A stretch of DNA of 64,000 bases, taken from contig CANQTX010000006.1 of assembly GCA_947626885.1 (NCBI GenBank), forward strand, positions 7,025 to 71,024, given 5' to 3'. Both the position numbers and the translations under genes were made by a program. The notes beneath the pieces are model-generated. The model searched no databases, was not told the origin of the DNA, and saw only the letters and a program-made list of their open reading frames with translations. This DNA comes from an uncultured Clostridia bacterium (lineage in GTDB: Bacteria; Bacillota; Clostridia; TANB77; CAG-508). Shown one piece after another: positions 28,720-38,786 of this stretch (position 1 is its first letter; each line of letters opens with the position of its first letter).

Positions 28720-30976
28720 GTTCTAATTCCTCCTTGCTTAACTGAGATGATGCGATTTCATAATAAGTAGGACAATTCTTTAATAATTCTTCATGTGTTC
28801 CTTTTCCTACAATTTTTCCTTCTTCTAATACAATAATTTGTTCTGCCTGCATAATGGTATTTACTCTTTGAGCAACAATAATTAATGTTTTATCAGAAGC
28901 AAAATCTTTTAAAGCCTTTCTTAAATTACGATCTGTTTTAAAATCTAATGCAGAAAAACTATCATCAAATATATAAATAGGGCTGTTTTTTACTAATGCT
29001 CTAGCAATAGATAATCTTTGCTTTTGTCCTCCTGATACATTTTTGGCACCTTGTGAGATAGGCGCATCATATTGTTGCTCTTTATTTTCAATAAATTCTT
29101 TTGCTTGTGCTACTTGCGCACATTTTTTTATAAATTCATAAGAAGCTTCTTCATTGCCATATATTAAATTGGATTTAATGGTACCAGAAAGTAAGCTTCC
29201 TTTTTGAGGAATATAAGCAATTTGATTATGTAAATCATTTTGTTTCACATCTTTTATATTAACACCATTTACAAAAATTTCCCCTGATGTTACATCAAAT
29301 AAGCGTGGAATTAAATTCACAATTGTTGACTTACCACTACCAGTTGCTCCAATAATAGCAGTTGTTTCTCCTGGTTTTGCTGTAAATGTAATATCTTCTA
29401 ATATTTTTTCGTCTGCTCCAGGATAATGAAATCCTACATGCTTAAATTCCACATAACCCTGTTTTTCTTTTTTAAATGGTTTTGGAGTTTCAGGATCATG
29501 AATCGTTGCTGACATTTTTAATACTTCATCAATACGTCCAGCAGAAACACTTGCTCTTGGTAACATTACAAATATCATTGAAATAAATAAAAAACTCATA
29601 ACCACTTCTATACCATATTGCATAACAGCCATTAAATCACCTACTTGTATAGATGCTTTTTCTATTAAGTTTGCTCCAAACCATAAAATTAATAAATTTA
29701 ACCCATTCATAATAAACATCATAAATGGCATCATTGCTCCTAATGAGCGATTAATAAATCGATTGGTTTTCATCACTTCTGTATTAACAGCATTAAATCG
29801 ATTTTCCTCATATTTTTGTGTTCCAAAAGCTCTAACAACCATAACACCTGATAAATTTTCCTTGGCCACTAAATTAATTTTATCTGTTAATTTCTGTACA
29901 ATTTTAATTTTAGGAAATACTGTTTTAAATAAAATAATAATTAATACAACAATACAAGCACAAGCTACTACAATTGTCCATAATAAACTTGTTGTTTTTT
30001 GTGACATCATAATTAATGCTCCTATACCCATAATTGGTGCATAAGCTAGCATTCTAATCATCATCGTCGTTACCATTTGAATTTGTGTAATATCATTTGT
30101 TGTTCTTGTAATTAAAGAAGCAGTTGAAAAGCGATTAAATTCTGTACTAGAAAAACTTTGCACTTTTTCAAATACATCTTTTCTTAAATTTCTAGCTATA
30201 CCTGCTCCTATTTTGGATGCTAAAAATCCAACAATAATAGCAGATGCAACACTAAATAGACATACGCCAATCATTCTTATACCAATATGAATCATATAAT
30301 TCATCTGAATATCTGCTATATCTAAACCAACTTCTTGATAAAAGGTTTTTGTAAAAATTTTTCCTATGGATAATAATGTTGCTTTATCTGTTTGTAAAGC
30401 ATTTTGTCTTGCCTTCACTAAAATTTCATTTGGAAGACGATCCAGCACTGGTAATATGTGGTACAATTGCTCTATATCTAGATTAATAGAATTTGCATTT
30501 ACATTTTCTGTAGCTAGTGCTTTATTTTCTTGATTTAATATTGATTCGTCCACTCCTTGTATAGAAGCCATTTCCGGTATAAGATTCATCATTGTTCTAG
30601 CCGACACTGAAAAATATATATCTAAATTTTCTAATTCTTCTTCCGAAACAGTATCTTTCAAAATATAAATATCTCGACTTTCTAAAATCGGATAAATATT
30701 TTTATATTCTGTATTATCTTTTGTCATTTTTTGATAAGCATTATTGACTAATGTTTGTTCTTCTTTCTCCATAAACTGTTCCATAAAATGTAAGCCATTT
30801 TCTGATATCACAGATGGGGCAACCCTTTGTATACCACTTGCTTGAATACCAATATTCACAATATCTGACATATAGTCAGGTAGTTTCAAATCACACATGG
30901 CTTGTATAAACAAAAACAAAACAGCAACTATAATAAGTATCATAAAAGGCACATAATATTTTCCTAATTTATGCAT
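28706..30976 (-). CDS. ABC exporter half-transporter with a ~200-aa insertion between TM1 and TM2
   Basis: 756 aa with Walker A GATGSGKST, signature VSGGQKQR and Walker B IYIFDDSFSA. It overlaps the next ABC gene by 14 nt. Confidence 0.85.
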   Translation of the reverse strand: MHKLGKYYVPFMILIIVAVLFLFIQAMCDLKLPDYMSDIVNIGIQASGIQRVAPSVISENGLHFMEQFMEKEEQTLVNNAYQKMTKDNTEYKNIYPILESRDIYILKDTVSEEELENLDIYFSVSARTMMNLIPEMASIQGVDESILNQENKALATENVNANSINLDIEQLYHILPVLDRLPNEILVKARQNALQTDKATLLSIGKIFTKTFYQEVGLDIADIQMNYMIHIGIRMIGVCLFSVASAIIVGFLASKIGAGIARNLRKDVFEKVQSFSSTEFNRFSTASLITRTTNDITQIQMVTTMMIRMLAYAPIMGIGALIMMSQKTTSLLWTIVVACACIVVLIIILFKTVFPKIKIVQKLTDKINLVAKENLSGVMVVRAFGTQKYEENRFNAVNTEVMKTNRFINRSLGAMMPFMMFIMNGLNLLILWFGANLIEKASIQVGDLMAVMQYGIEVVMSFLFISMIFVMLPRASVSAGRIDEVLKMSATIHDPETPKPFKKEKQGYVEFKHVGFHYPGADEKILEDITFTAKPGETTAIIGATGSGKSTIVNLIPRLFDVTSGEIFVNGVNIKDVKQNDLHNQIAYIPQKGSLLSGTIKSNLIYGNEEASYEFIKKCAQVAQAKEFIENKEQQYDAPISQGAKNVSGGQKQRLSIARALVKNSPIYIFDDSFSALDFKTDRNLRKALKDFASDKTLIIVAQRVNTIMQAEQIIVLEEGKIVGKGTHEELLKNCPTYYEIASSQLSKEELEHGRK

Positions 30977-31013
30977 TTTAGCTCATTCCTCCTTTTTCCA
31001 TTCTTTTAGCAAC

Positions 31014-32423
31014 TTATCCATTGATATTTATAGAAGCCATTAAGGCTGTATTCGCTGCTACTATTACTAAAATTACTATAATTAATGTCACAATACATAT
31101 AAAATATTTTATAATTTTCCTAAGTGTGTCTTTCTTAATCCACTGATTGCATAATTCCCATATATATTGAATGCCTAACGATACAAATATTAATAAACAA
31201 ATCCAAATAGGATATACATATCTTCCTTGTGGTTGGTAATCTGTTGCATAACTATATTGAATACTTAATAAAATTGTAATTATAGAAGATAGAAATAATG
31301 CTAAATAAAATAAAAGAAGTCGTGTATTTTTTTTCTCTTTTTTCCCTATACGTATTAACATTCCTATTAAACCAATACAAAATATGCCTTCATAAAAATA
31401 ATAGTATTGGTCAGCAATAAAAACATCAAAGCTACCTAATATGCAAATAAAACTTCTAAAAGTATACCATATCCAATTATGTCCATACCAACGTGTTGAT
31501 AAAATTAATTCTAGATAATTCATTCCAAGATTTTTACCAGTTTCTCGATTGCTTGGCTTCTGCTCCTCCGATCCACCTTCTTCACAAGCTGATAAAAAAG
31601 ATTTCATGCCTAACATATCCCCATGATTGACCACATAACTTCTGATAAAAAAATAAGAAATACAACTAATAACTAATATAGAAATTATAATCCCATAGCG
31701 AAATAAGTTTTTATAATCTATACGTATACGCTTATCTTGTCTTCGTATAAAACCTGAAATAAATATAAGAATACTCATAAGTATCCAACCATAGGCATTA
31801 TAGTAAGATAAGGCACATATTACAATACCTATCGCTAATATAATAGCATTCTTCAAATGCCATCCATCCTCTAAAGCAAGTATCCATGCATATACCATAA
31901 TAGTAGATGCCAAAACAGCAATTATGTCATTATTAATATAAGAAGATAAATATACAAATTGCGGTAGAAAGCAACCTAATAAAACAATCCCATATCGAAT
32001 CAAACTATTTTTTTTGATTAATTTCTTTGTAATTTTTAAAAGGAAAAATACTGATATGGTGCCACATAACACACTAACCATTCTACCCGCAATTCTCAAT
32101 TGTACTTCTGAGGTAAATCCAAGAATTGCTGCTATTTTCATAAACATAGCTCCCACTATAGAACCTAATAATAGTGGATAATAGGCATAAGATGCATTAA
32201 ATGGTTTCGCCACTACTTCTGTATCTGTTGGCAACGGTAGTTTATGATGTCGAAAAATATACTCCGGTATCCATTCTCTCATTAATTCGTCTGGAGCCGA
32301 TGCTCTAGGTATTGAAACAGCCCAATAAACAGCTAATAAGAAAAAACTAATTAAAATAATACAATCGATTATTTTTTCTAAATGCATTTTTCTAATTTGC
32401 TCTTGACTCATATTTTCCTCCAT
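31014..32423 (-). CDS. polytopic membrane protein, GT-C-fold glycosyltransferase-like (PMT_2/ArnT-like); function putative
   Basis: 469 aa with at least 11 predicted TM helices and an acidic SAPDE motif in the first extracytoplasmic loop, as in GT39/GT83 enzymes. The family assignment is from memory only. Confidence 0.45.
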   Translation of the reverse strand: MEENMSQEQIRKMHLEKIIDCIILISFFLLAVYWAVSIPRASAPDELMREWIPEYIFRHHKLPLPTDTEVVAKPFNASYAYYPLLLGSIVGAMFMKIAAILGFTSEVQLRIAGRMVSVLCGTISVFFLLKITKKLIKKNSLIRYGIVLLGCFLPQFVYLSSYINNDIIAVLASTIMVYAWILALEDGWHLKNAIILAIGIVICALSYYNAYGWILMSILIFISGFIRRQDKRIRIDYKNLFRYGIIISILVISCISYFFIRSYVVNHGDMLGMKSFLSACEEGGSEEQKPSNRETGKNLGMNYLELILSTRWYGHNWIWYTFRSFICILGSFDVFIADQYYYFYEGIFCIGLIGMLIRIGKKEKKNTRLLLFYLALFLSSIITILLSIQYSYATDYQPQGRYVYPIWICLLIFVSLGIQYIWELCNQWIKKDTLRKIIKYFICIVTLIIVILVIVAANTALMASINING

Positions 32424-32451
32424 AAAAAAATTATATACAAAAAATATACTA

Positions 32452-34320
32452 TTATTCTAATTCAAAAGCACCTGTATACAATTGATAATATGTGCCTTTC
32501 TTTTCTATTAGATCTTGATGATTTCCTCTCTCAATAATATTTCCATGATCTAATACAACAATTGCTTCTGAATTTCTTACAGTGGAAAGTCTATGCGCTA
32601 TTACGAAAACCGTTCTTCCTTCCATCAATTTATCCATACCATCTTGTACAATTTTTTCTGTTCTTGTATCAATACTTGAAGTTGCTTCATCTAAAATCAT
32701 CACTGGTGGATCATTTAAAGCTGCCCTAGCAATAGATAATAATTGTCTCTGTCCTTGCGAAATACTTGTTCCGTTTCCTACCAAAAAAGTATCATATCCA
32801 TGTGGCAATCGCATGATAAAATCATGTGCATTTGCTAATTTTGCTGCACGAATTACTTCTTCATCTGTGGCATTATCATTTCCATATTTAATATTTTCTT
32901 TAATTGTTCCGGTAAAAAGACTCGTATCTTGTAGTACCATTCCTAAAGATAATCTTAAGTCTTGTTTTTTTATTTTATTAATATTAATACCATCATATCT
33001 AATTTTTCCATCTTCTATGTCATAAAAACGATTTAATAAATTTGTAATAGTTGTCTTTCCTGCACCTGTAGCACCAACAAAAGCAATTTTTTGACCTGGT
33101 TTTGCATATAAATTAATGTTATGTAATACTAAATGATTTTCCTCATATCCAAAATCAACATTTTTCATTTCAATATTTCCCTTCAAAGGAATATATTCTA
33201 CTCTACCATCATGATGTGGATGTTTCCAAGCCCAAAGCCCTGTTTTTTGATTTGTTTCTATTAATGTATGATTTTCATATTGGGCATTCACTAATGTTAC
33301 ATATCCTTCATCCTGTTCTGGCTCTTCATCCATAAGTATAAATATTCTTTTAGCTCCTGCTAAAGCCATAATAACTGAATTTAATTGTTGAGAAATCTGA
33401 CTAATTGGTCTAATAAAAGTTTTACTAAGTTGTAAAAAAGACACAATTAATCCTACTGTAATATTACCAAATCCATTAACAGCAAATATGCCTCCCACAA
33501 TTGCTAAAATAATATATTGTATGTTCCCCAATGCTCCTAATGTAGGCATTAAAATATTAGCAAATCGATTTGCTTCATAAGCATGCATACACAATGCATC
33601 ATTAATAGCATCAAATTCTTTTTTAGCAGCTTCCTCATGACAGAATACCTTTATCACTTTTTGACCGTTAATCATTTCCTCAATATAACCATTTACTTTT
33701 CCCACAAATTCTTGTTGCTTGATAAAATACTTTGCACTCTTCATAGCAATCACTTTAGTTACACTTAACATAATTATTAAAGAGCATATAACAACTAGCG
33801 TTAAATAGATATTCGTTACTAGCATTGCAAAAAATACAGCAATAATGGTCATTGCTGAAGAAAACACCTGTGGTACGCCTTGCGATATCATTTGATTTAA
33901 TGTATCAATATCATTTGTATAATGGCTCATAATATCTCCATGTGTGTGCGTATCAAAATACTTTATTGGTAATCTCTGCATTTTTTCAAACATTTCATCA
34001 CGAATTTTTTTTAATATGCCTTGTGCTACATTAACCATCAATCTGCTATATAATAAACCTGCAAGAACACCAATAAGATATATTATTATCATAATACCTA
34101 TCGCATATATTAGTCCCGTATAAACTGGATTAGGCATACCGATGAGAGGTGTAATATATTTATCTATTAATACTTCTAAAAATAATGAACCGGCTACGCC
34201 AGAAACTGTTGTTAGAATAATACTAATACAAACAATAATAAACGTACCTTTATAATACTTTGTAATATATTGTAATAATCGTTTAACTACTTTCATATCT
34301 ACAGGAAATTTATGCTTCAT
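32452..34320 (-). CDS. ABC exporter half-transporter
   Basis: 622 aa with Walker A GATGAGKTT, signature ISQGQRQ and Walker B MILDEATSS. Confidence 0.85.
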   Translation of the reverse strand: MKHKFPVDMKVVKRLLQYITKYYKGTFIIVCISIILTTVSGVAGSLFLEVLIDKYITPLIGMPNPVYTGLIYAIGIMIIIYLIGVLAGLLYSRLMVNVAQGILKKIRDEMFEKMQRLPIKYFDTHTHGDIMSHYTNDIDTLNQMISQGVPQVFSSAMTIIAVFFAMLVTNIYLTLVVICSLIIMLSVTKVIAMKSAKYFIKQQEFVGKVNGYIEEMINGQKVIKVFCHEEAAKKEFDAINDALCMHAYEANRFANILMPTLGALGNIQYIILAIVGGIFAVNGFGNITVGLIVSFLQLSKTFIRPISQISQQLNSVIMALAGAKRIFILMDEEPEQDEGYVTLVNAQYENHTLIETNQKTGLWAWKHPHHDGRVEYIPLKGNIEMKNVDFGYEENHLVLHNINLYAKPGQKIAFVGATGAGKTTITNLLNRFYDIEDGKIRYDGININKIKKQDLRLSLGMVLQDTSLFTGTIKENIKYGNDNATDEEVIRAAKLANAHDFIMRLPHGYDTFLVGNGTSISQGQRQLLSIARAALNDPPVMILDEATSSIDTRTEKIVQDGMDKLMEGRTVFVIAHRLSTVRNSEAIVVLDHGNIIERGNHQDLIEKKGTYYQLYTGAFELE

Positions 34321-36046
34321 ATGGCTCTTCTCCTTTCATTTGTGATATATAAACTTCACGATAAATATGATTATTTTTTAGCAACTCCTCATGTGTACCT
34401 ATACCGTTAATTTCTCCGTTTTCTAAAACAACAATTTTATCTGCCTCTTGCACAGAAGAAATTCTTTGTGCAATCAATAATTTAGTAGTATTAGGTATTT
34501 CTTCTTGGAATGCTTTTCTAATCAAACAATCGGTTTTAGTATCAACAGCACTTGTAGAATCATCTAATATTAAAATTTTAGGTTTTTTTAAAAGAGCCCT
34601 TGCTATACAAAGTCTTTGTTTTTGACCACCAGACAAATTGGTTCCTCCTTCTTCAATATAGGTATCATACTTTTCAGGAAACTGATTGATAAATTCATCT
34701 GCTTGTGCCTGTTTACAAGCTTTTATCATTTCTTCTTCTGTCGCATTTTCATTTCCCCAACGTAAATTTTCTTTAATTGTTCCAGAAAATAATACATTTT
34801 TCTGTAAAACCATAGAAACTTGATTCCTTAACACTGTTAAATCATAGTCTTTTACATCCACACCTCCTATTTTTACGCATCCAGTTGTTACATCATATAA
34901 CCTTGGAATAAGTTGTACTAGTGTCGATTTTGAACTACCTGTTCCACCAATAATCCCAATTGTTTCTCCGGAACGTATAGAAAGATTAATATTTTTTAAA
35001 CAAAGTTTATTTTTATCATTTACATAACTAAAACTAACATTTTCAAAAACGATTGAACCATTTTTAACTTCTGTTACGGGATTTTTCTTATTTTGTAAGT
35101 CACTTTTTTCTTCTAGAATTTCTACTATTCTTTCCACTGATGCTCTTGATATCATAATCATCACAAGTACCATGGATAACATCATTAATGAAGTTAATAT
35201 CTGCATAGCATAAGATATTAAACTAGTAAGTTCACCTGTTGTTAACGTATTTTGAACAATGGCTACTCCTCCAAACCATGAAAGTAATATAATAACAACA
35301 CTTATTGAAAATTGCATTAACGGATTATTCAAGGCTACTATTTTTTCTGCTTTAGAAAAGTTATGATAAATATCATTCGATATTGTGTCAAATTTCTGAA
35401 TCTCTTTTTCCTCTTTTACAAATGATTTTACCACTCTAATACCACTAACATTTTCTTCTACAACAGCATTTAGTTGATCATATGTTTTAAATACCTTTTC
35501 AAAAATAGGATGTGCTTTTGTAGCAATTAGAAAGAGTCCTATTGCTAAAAATGGTATTACTATTAAAAATATAAGTGCTAGTTTGGGATTCACAACAAAA
35601 GCCATAATGAGGGAAAACATAAGCATAATCGGTGCTCTCACTGCTACACGAATAATCATTTGAAATGCCATTTGAACATTCATGATATCTGTTGTATGTC
35701 GTGTCACAATACTAGCAGATGAAAATTTATCTATATTAGAAAAAGAAAAATCTTGTACATGATAAAACATATCTTTTCGTAAATTTCTTGCAAATCCTGT
35801 AGCAGCTTTAGCAGCATACTTTCCTGATAATACACCAAAAATTAAAGCTAACACTGCACAAATGATTAAAATAAATCCCACTCGATAAATAACAGCTGTA
35901 TTATTTTGATGAATGCCATTATCTATTATATAAGCCATAAAAAAAGGAATTAAAACGTCCAAAATAGACTCTATAGTTACTAATATTGGTGTTGCTATTG
36001 TGGCTTTCCTATTTTCTCTAATACTTTTTATTAATTGCTTTATCAT
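34310..36046 (-). CDS. ABC exporter half-transporter
   Basis: Walker A GGTGSSKST, signature LSGGQKQR and Walker B LILDDSTSA. Start taken at 36046 (AGGAG 5 nt upstream); the track ORF starts 5 codons earlier at 36061. It overlaps the next gene by 11 nt. Confidence 0.85.
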   Translation of the reverse strand: MIKQLIKSIRENRKATIATPILVTIESILDVLIPFFMAYIIDNGIHQNNTAVIYRVGFILIICAVLALIFGVLSGKYAAKAATGFARNLRKDMFYHVQDFSFSNIDKFSSASIVTRHTTDIMNVQMAFQMIIRVAVRAPIMLMFSLIMAFVVNPKLALIFLIVIPFLAIGLFLIATKAHPIFEKVFKTYDQLNAVVEENVSGIRVVKSFVKEEKEIQKFDTISNDIYHNFSKAEKIVALNNPLMQFSISVVIILLSWFGGVAIVQNTLTTGELTSLISYAMQILTSLMMLSMVLVMIMISRASVERIVEILEEKSDLQNKKNPVTEVKNGSIVFENVSFSYVNDKNKLCLKNINLSIRSGETIGIIGGTGSSKSTLVQLIPRLYDVTTGCVKIGGVDVKDYDLTVLRNQVSMVLQKNVLFSGTIKENLRWGNENATEEEMIKACKQAQADEFINQFPEKYDTYIEEGGTNLSGGQKQRLCIARALLKKPKILILDDSTSAVDTKTDCLIRKAFQEEIPNTTKLLIAQRISSVQEADKIVVLENGEINGIGTHEELLKNNHIYREVYISQMKGEEPYEA

Positions 36047-36108
36047 TTTTTCTCCTATCATGGTTTATTTATAATTGTTACGATATAATATACAATATAT
36101 ATTTTTAT

Positions 36109-36136
36109 ATTATATCATAACTTTATACTTTTTCAA
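36109..36136 (-). promoter_or_regulatory. sigma-A promoter of the ABC/GT-C operon
   Basis: Minus strand TTGAAA (36136-36131), a 16-nt spacer ending in TGA, then TATAAT (36114-36109), which gives an extended -10 (TGaTATAAT). Confidence 0.55.
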
Positions 36137-36210
36137 TTATTTTTTAGCTACTTAAGTCACTTTTATAAAAAGTTGTCTAGGATTCTATTGAAACATGAAT
36201 ATATCAATTA

Positions 36211-36777
36211 TTAATTTATGAACTCGTTTATTGGTTTAATTACTCTACAAGGATTTCCTACTGCTACAACATTTGATGGAATATCTTTATTAACGATACT
36301 ACCCGCTCCTATCACAACATTATCTCCAATTGTTACTCCAGGCAGTACAACAACATTTCCACCAATCCATACATTGTTTCCCACTTTAATTGGCTTGGCA
36401 TATTCTAATCCTTGATTTCTTCTTTTTGCATCTATTGGATGTCCTGCTGTATAAAAAGCACAATTGGGTGCAACAAATACATTATCTCCAAATACAACTT
36501 TATTACCATCAAGTATGATTAAATTATGATTAGCATAAAAATTTTCTCCAATTTCAATATTGTATCCATAATCACACATAAAAGGTTGTTCAATTGTAAA
36601 TGTATTTCCTACTTTTCCTAATAGATTTTCTATTAATTTCTTTTTTTCTATATGATTTGATGGTTTTAATTGATTATATTCATAACATTTATCTTTGGCC
36701 ATATATCTTTCTTTTATTAAGTCCTTATTATTAGCATCATATAATGCTTCAGATAACATTCTTTCTTCTTCATTCAT
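36211..36777 (-). CDS. maa: sugar O-acetyltransferase (maltose/galactoside acetyltransferase-like, left-handed beta-helix)
   Basis: 188 aa with hexapeptide repeats (VWIGGNVVVLPGVTIGDNVVIGAGSIV) and a Mac-type N-terminus. Confidence 0.8.
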   Translation of the reverse strand: MNEEERMLSEALYDANNKDLIKERYMAKDKCYEYNQLKPSNHIEKKKLIENLLGKVGNTFTIEQPFMCDYGYNIEIGENFYANHNLIILDGNKVVFGDNVFVAPNCAFYTAGHPIDAKRRNQGLEYAKPIKVGNNVWIGGNVVVLPGVTIGDNVVIGAGSIVNKDIPSNVVAVGNPCRVIKPINEFIN

Positions 36778-36917
36778 GCTATATTGTTTCCTCCTAATTT
36801 TTTTATTTTACTGGATTTTAATATCTATATTATACAATGTTTTATATAAAAGTACAAATTCTATCAAATTGTTTTTATAAAAAAATTATGTAAAATTATA
36901 TGATACGCTTTACAATC

Positions 36918-36949
36918 AAAAAAGAAACCTTTGCAAAGGTTTCTTTTTT
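36918..36949. terminator. rho-independent terminator
   Basis: AAAAAAGAAACCTTT-GC-AAAGGTTTCTTTTTT, a perfect 15-bp palindrome with flanking A/T tracts, just downstream of the small membrane protein genes. Confidence 0.75.
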
Positions 36950-36962
36950 GAACGGATTCTAC

Positions 36963-37229
36963 CTACAAAATCATATCGACGATAACAGAAAAAGCTATGA
37001 ACAAAAGGAAAAAAGCGATTTTATGTAGTTGTGTAAAATCTCCATAAGTATTGTTCTCCAAGCTTATTCCAAAAGCAATTGCATACGCAACTACTCCTAT
37101 TACTGCAAGTAAAAATACAGGCCGACTCTTCCAAGGAAGATAACTGGGGTGTTCATGAATCCATAAATTAACATAAAATGTAATGCCTCCTACAAACTGG
37201 CAAGCACTGTAAATACTACGCCTTTTCAT
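36963..37229 (-). CDS. small membrane protein (88 aa), paralog A of a tandem pair
   Basis: MKRRSIYSACQFVGG...WIHEHPSY...LLAVIGVVAYAIAFGI. Start at 37229 with GAGGAGG upstream; the track ORF is extended 22 codons upstream. Confidence 0.6.
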   Translation of the reverse strand: MKRRSIYSACQFVGGITFYVNLWIHEHPSYLPWKSRPVFLLAVIGVVAYAIAFGISLENNTYGDFTQLHKIAFFLLFIAFSVIVDMIL

Positions 37230-37243
37230 TTGATTTCCTCCTC

Positions 37244-37510
37244 TTAAAAAATCATACTGATGCAAACAGAAAAAGCTATGAACATATAGAGACAAGAGAG
37301 TCTAAGTTGTTGTGTAACCTTTTCAGGAGTATCGCTCTCCAGGTTAATCCCAAAAGCAATTGCATACGCAACTGCTCCTATTACTGCAAGTAAAAATGTA
37401 AGCCGTCCCTCCAAAGGATGATAAGTTGGGTGTTCATGAATCCATACATTAAGCATTATTGTAGTACTTCCTACAACATTACAAGCACCGTAAATACTAC
37501 GTCTTTTCAT
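37244..37510 (-). CDS. small membrane protein (88 aa), paralog B of a tandem pair
   Basis: MKRRSIYGACNVVGS...WIHEHPTY...LLAVIGAVAYAIAFGI. Same length and same RBS context as paralog A, 281 nt apart. Confidence 0.6.
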   Translation of the reverse strand: MKRRSIYGACNVVGSTTIMLNVWIHEHPTYHPLEGRLTFLLAVIGAVAYAIAFGINLESDTPEKVTQQLRLSCLYMFIAFSVCISMIF

Positions 37511-37568
37511 TTGATTTCCTCCTCATTAATTAATGAACTTTAATGGTTGTTGATACAATACATTATAT

Positions 37569-37597
37569 ATTATACATTATTTTATATAAAATGTAAA
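37569..37597 (-). promoter_or_regulatory. sigma-A promoter for the small-membrane-protein pair
   Basis: Minus strand TTTACA (37597-37592), a 17-nt spacer, then TATAAT (37574-37569). Confidence 0.5.
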
Positions 37598-37700
37598 GAT
37601 TTTTACTTCTTCTGTATGTTGATTAGGAATACTGCCATTTACAAACTAGTGATTATTTGTAAAAAATAGCATATACATTGTCTTTCATTATCTCCAGTTT

Positions 37701-38621
37701 TTACTTCTCGTCTCGACCATAATTACCTTTTATTTCGTCAATTTTTTCAGGTATATCTTTTAATACTTTGGTGTATAAAGCCATACCTACCATCCACATA
37801 ACTAAAGCAGGGCTATTTCTTATTCTAGTTTTTATATCTTTTTCATACTGAACATCTATTTTTCCTTCTGAAATTAATTGTGCACATTTTCTATGTAATT
37901 CTATCAATGACTTTAATTTATCAATTGTGGGTGTAGTTCCTATACTTTTTCCAGGTCTAACATTATATTTATGAGTAGAATAACCACAAATTTTTATTTT
38001 ATCAGCTTCAGCAACATTAAATAATTCTAATTTAGGTATTAAATCTTCCCATACAGTGTTTTCCGGAAATCTTATTTTATTGTTATCAAATAAAGTTTTT
38101 TTCCAACAACCAGACCATATTGTCCCTTCATTATTTTTTCCTATTTGATAATGTTTATCTGTGTGTTTTTCTTTTGGTTTAAAAGTACTAGTTAGTAACA
38201 CATTATCATGTCTATCTCTCCATTTTCGTTGAAAACCTAATATTAGAATTTCTACTAATTCATTTTTATCAATAGCATTACTAATATTTTTTAAAGAATT
38301 TTCATTATTCAATTCATCATCTGCGTCTAAAAACACAACATATTCACCAATACCATTATCTAATCCAATATTTCTTGCTGTACCAGGTCCCCATTTTTCA
38401 ATAGGTGTCTCATATAAAGTAAATTTAACATTTGGATTACTTTCAATATATTTTTCTACTAGTTCTTTGCTCTTATCTTGAGAATGGTCATCTATTATAA
38501 TGCACTCAAAATCTTTAAAATTCTGATTTTTTACACTTTCTAATGCTTTTAATATAAATTCTTCTGCATTATGCATTGGAATGATAATAGAAAATCTTTT
38601 TCTTTGTTCTTCTTTTTCCAT
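37701..38621 (-). CDS. family 2 glycosyltransferase
   Basis: FSIIIPMHNAEEF...IIIDDHSQD...FLDADDE (GT-A DxD motif). Start at 38621 behind GGGAGGG; the track ORF is 10 codons longer. Confidence 0.8.
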   Translation of the reverse strand: MEKEEQRKRFSIIIPMHNAEEFILKALESVKNQNFKDFECIIIDDHSQDKSKELVEKYIESNPNVKFTLYETPIEKWGPGTARNIGLDNGIGEYVVFLDADDELNNENSLKNISNAIDKNELVEILILGFQRKWRDRHDNVLLTSTFKPKEKHTDKHYQIGKNNEGTIWSGCWKKTLFDNNKIRFPENTVWEDLIPKLELFNVAEADKIKICGYSTHKYNVRPGKSIGTTPTIDKLKSLIELHRKCAQLISEGKIDVQYEKDIKTRIRNSPALVMWMVGMALYTKVLKDIPEKIDEIKGNYGRDEK

Positions 38622-38786
38622 AATTTTACCCTCCCATTTATATATTATCACATTTTACATAAATTAAAAATCTTTTGAAAATAATCAACTCTACAATAAC
38701 ATAAAAAAGAAACAAATAAATAATTTATCTTTGTTTCTTTTTTTTCGTATTAAGTTTAAGATTGAAATAAGTTTAATAAAAAACTT

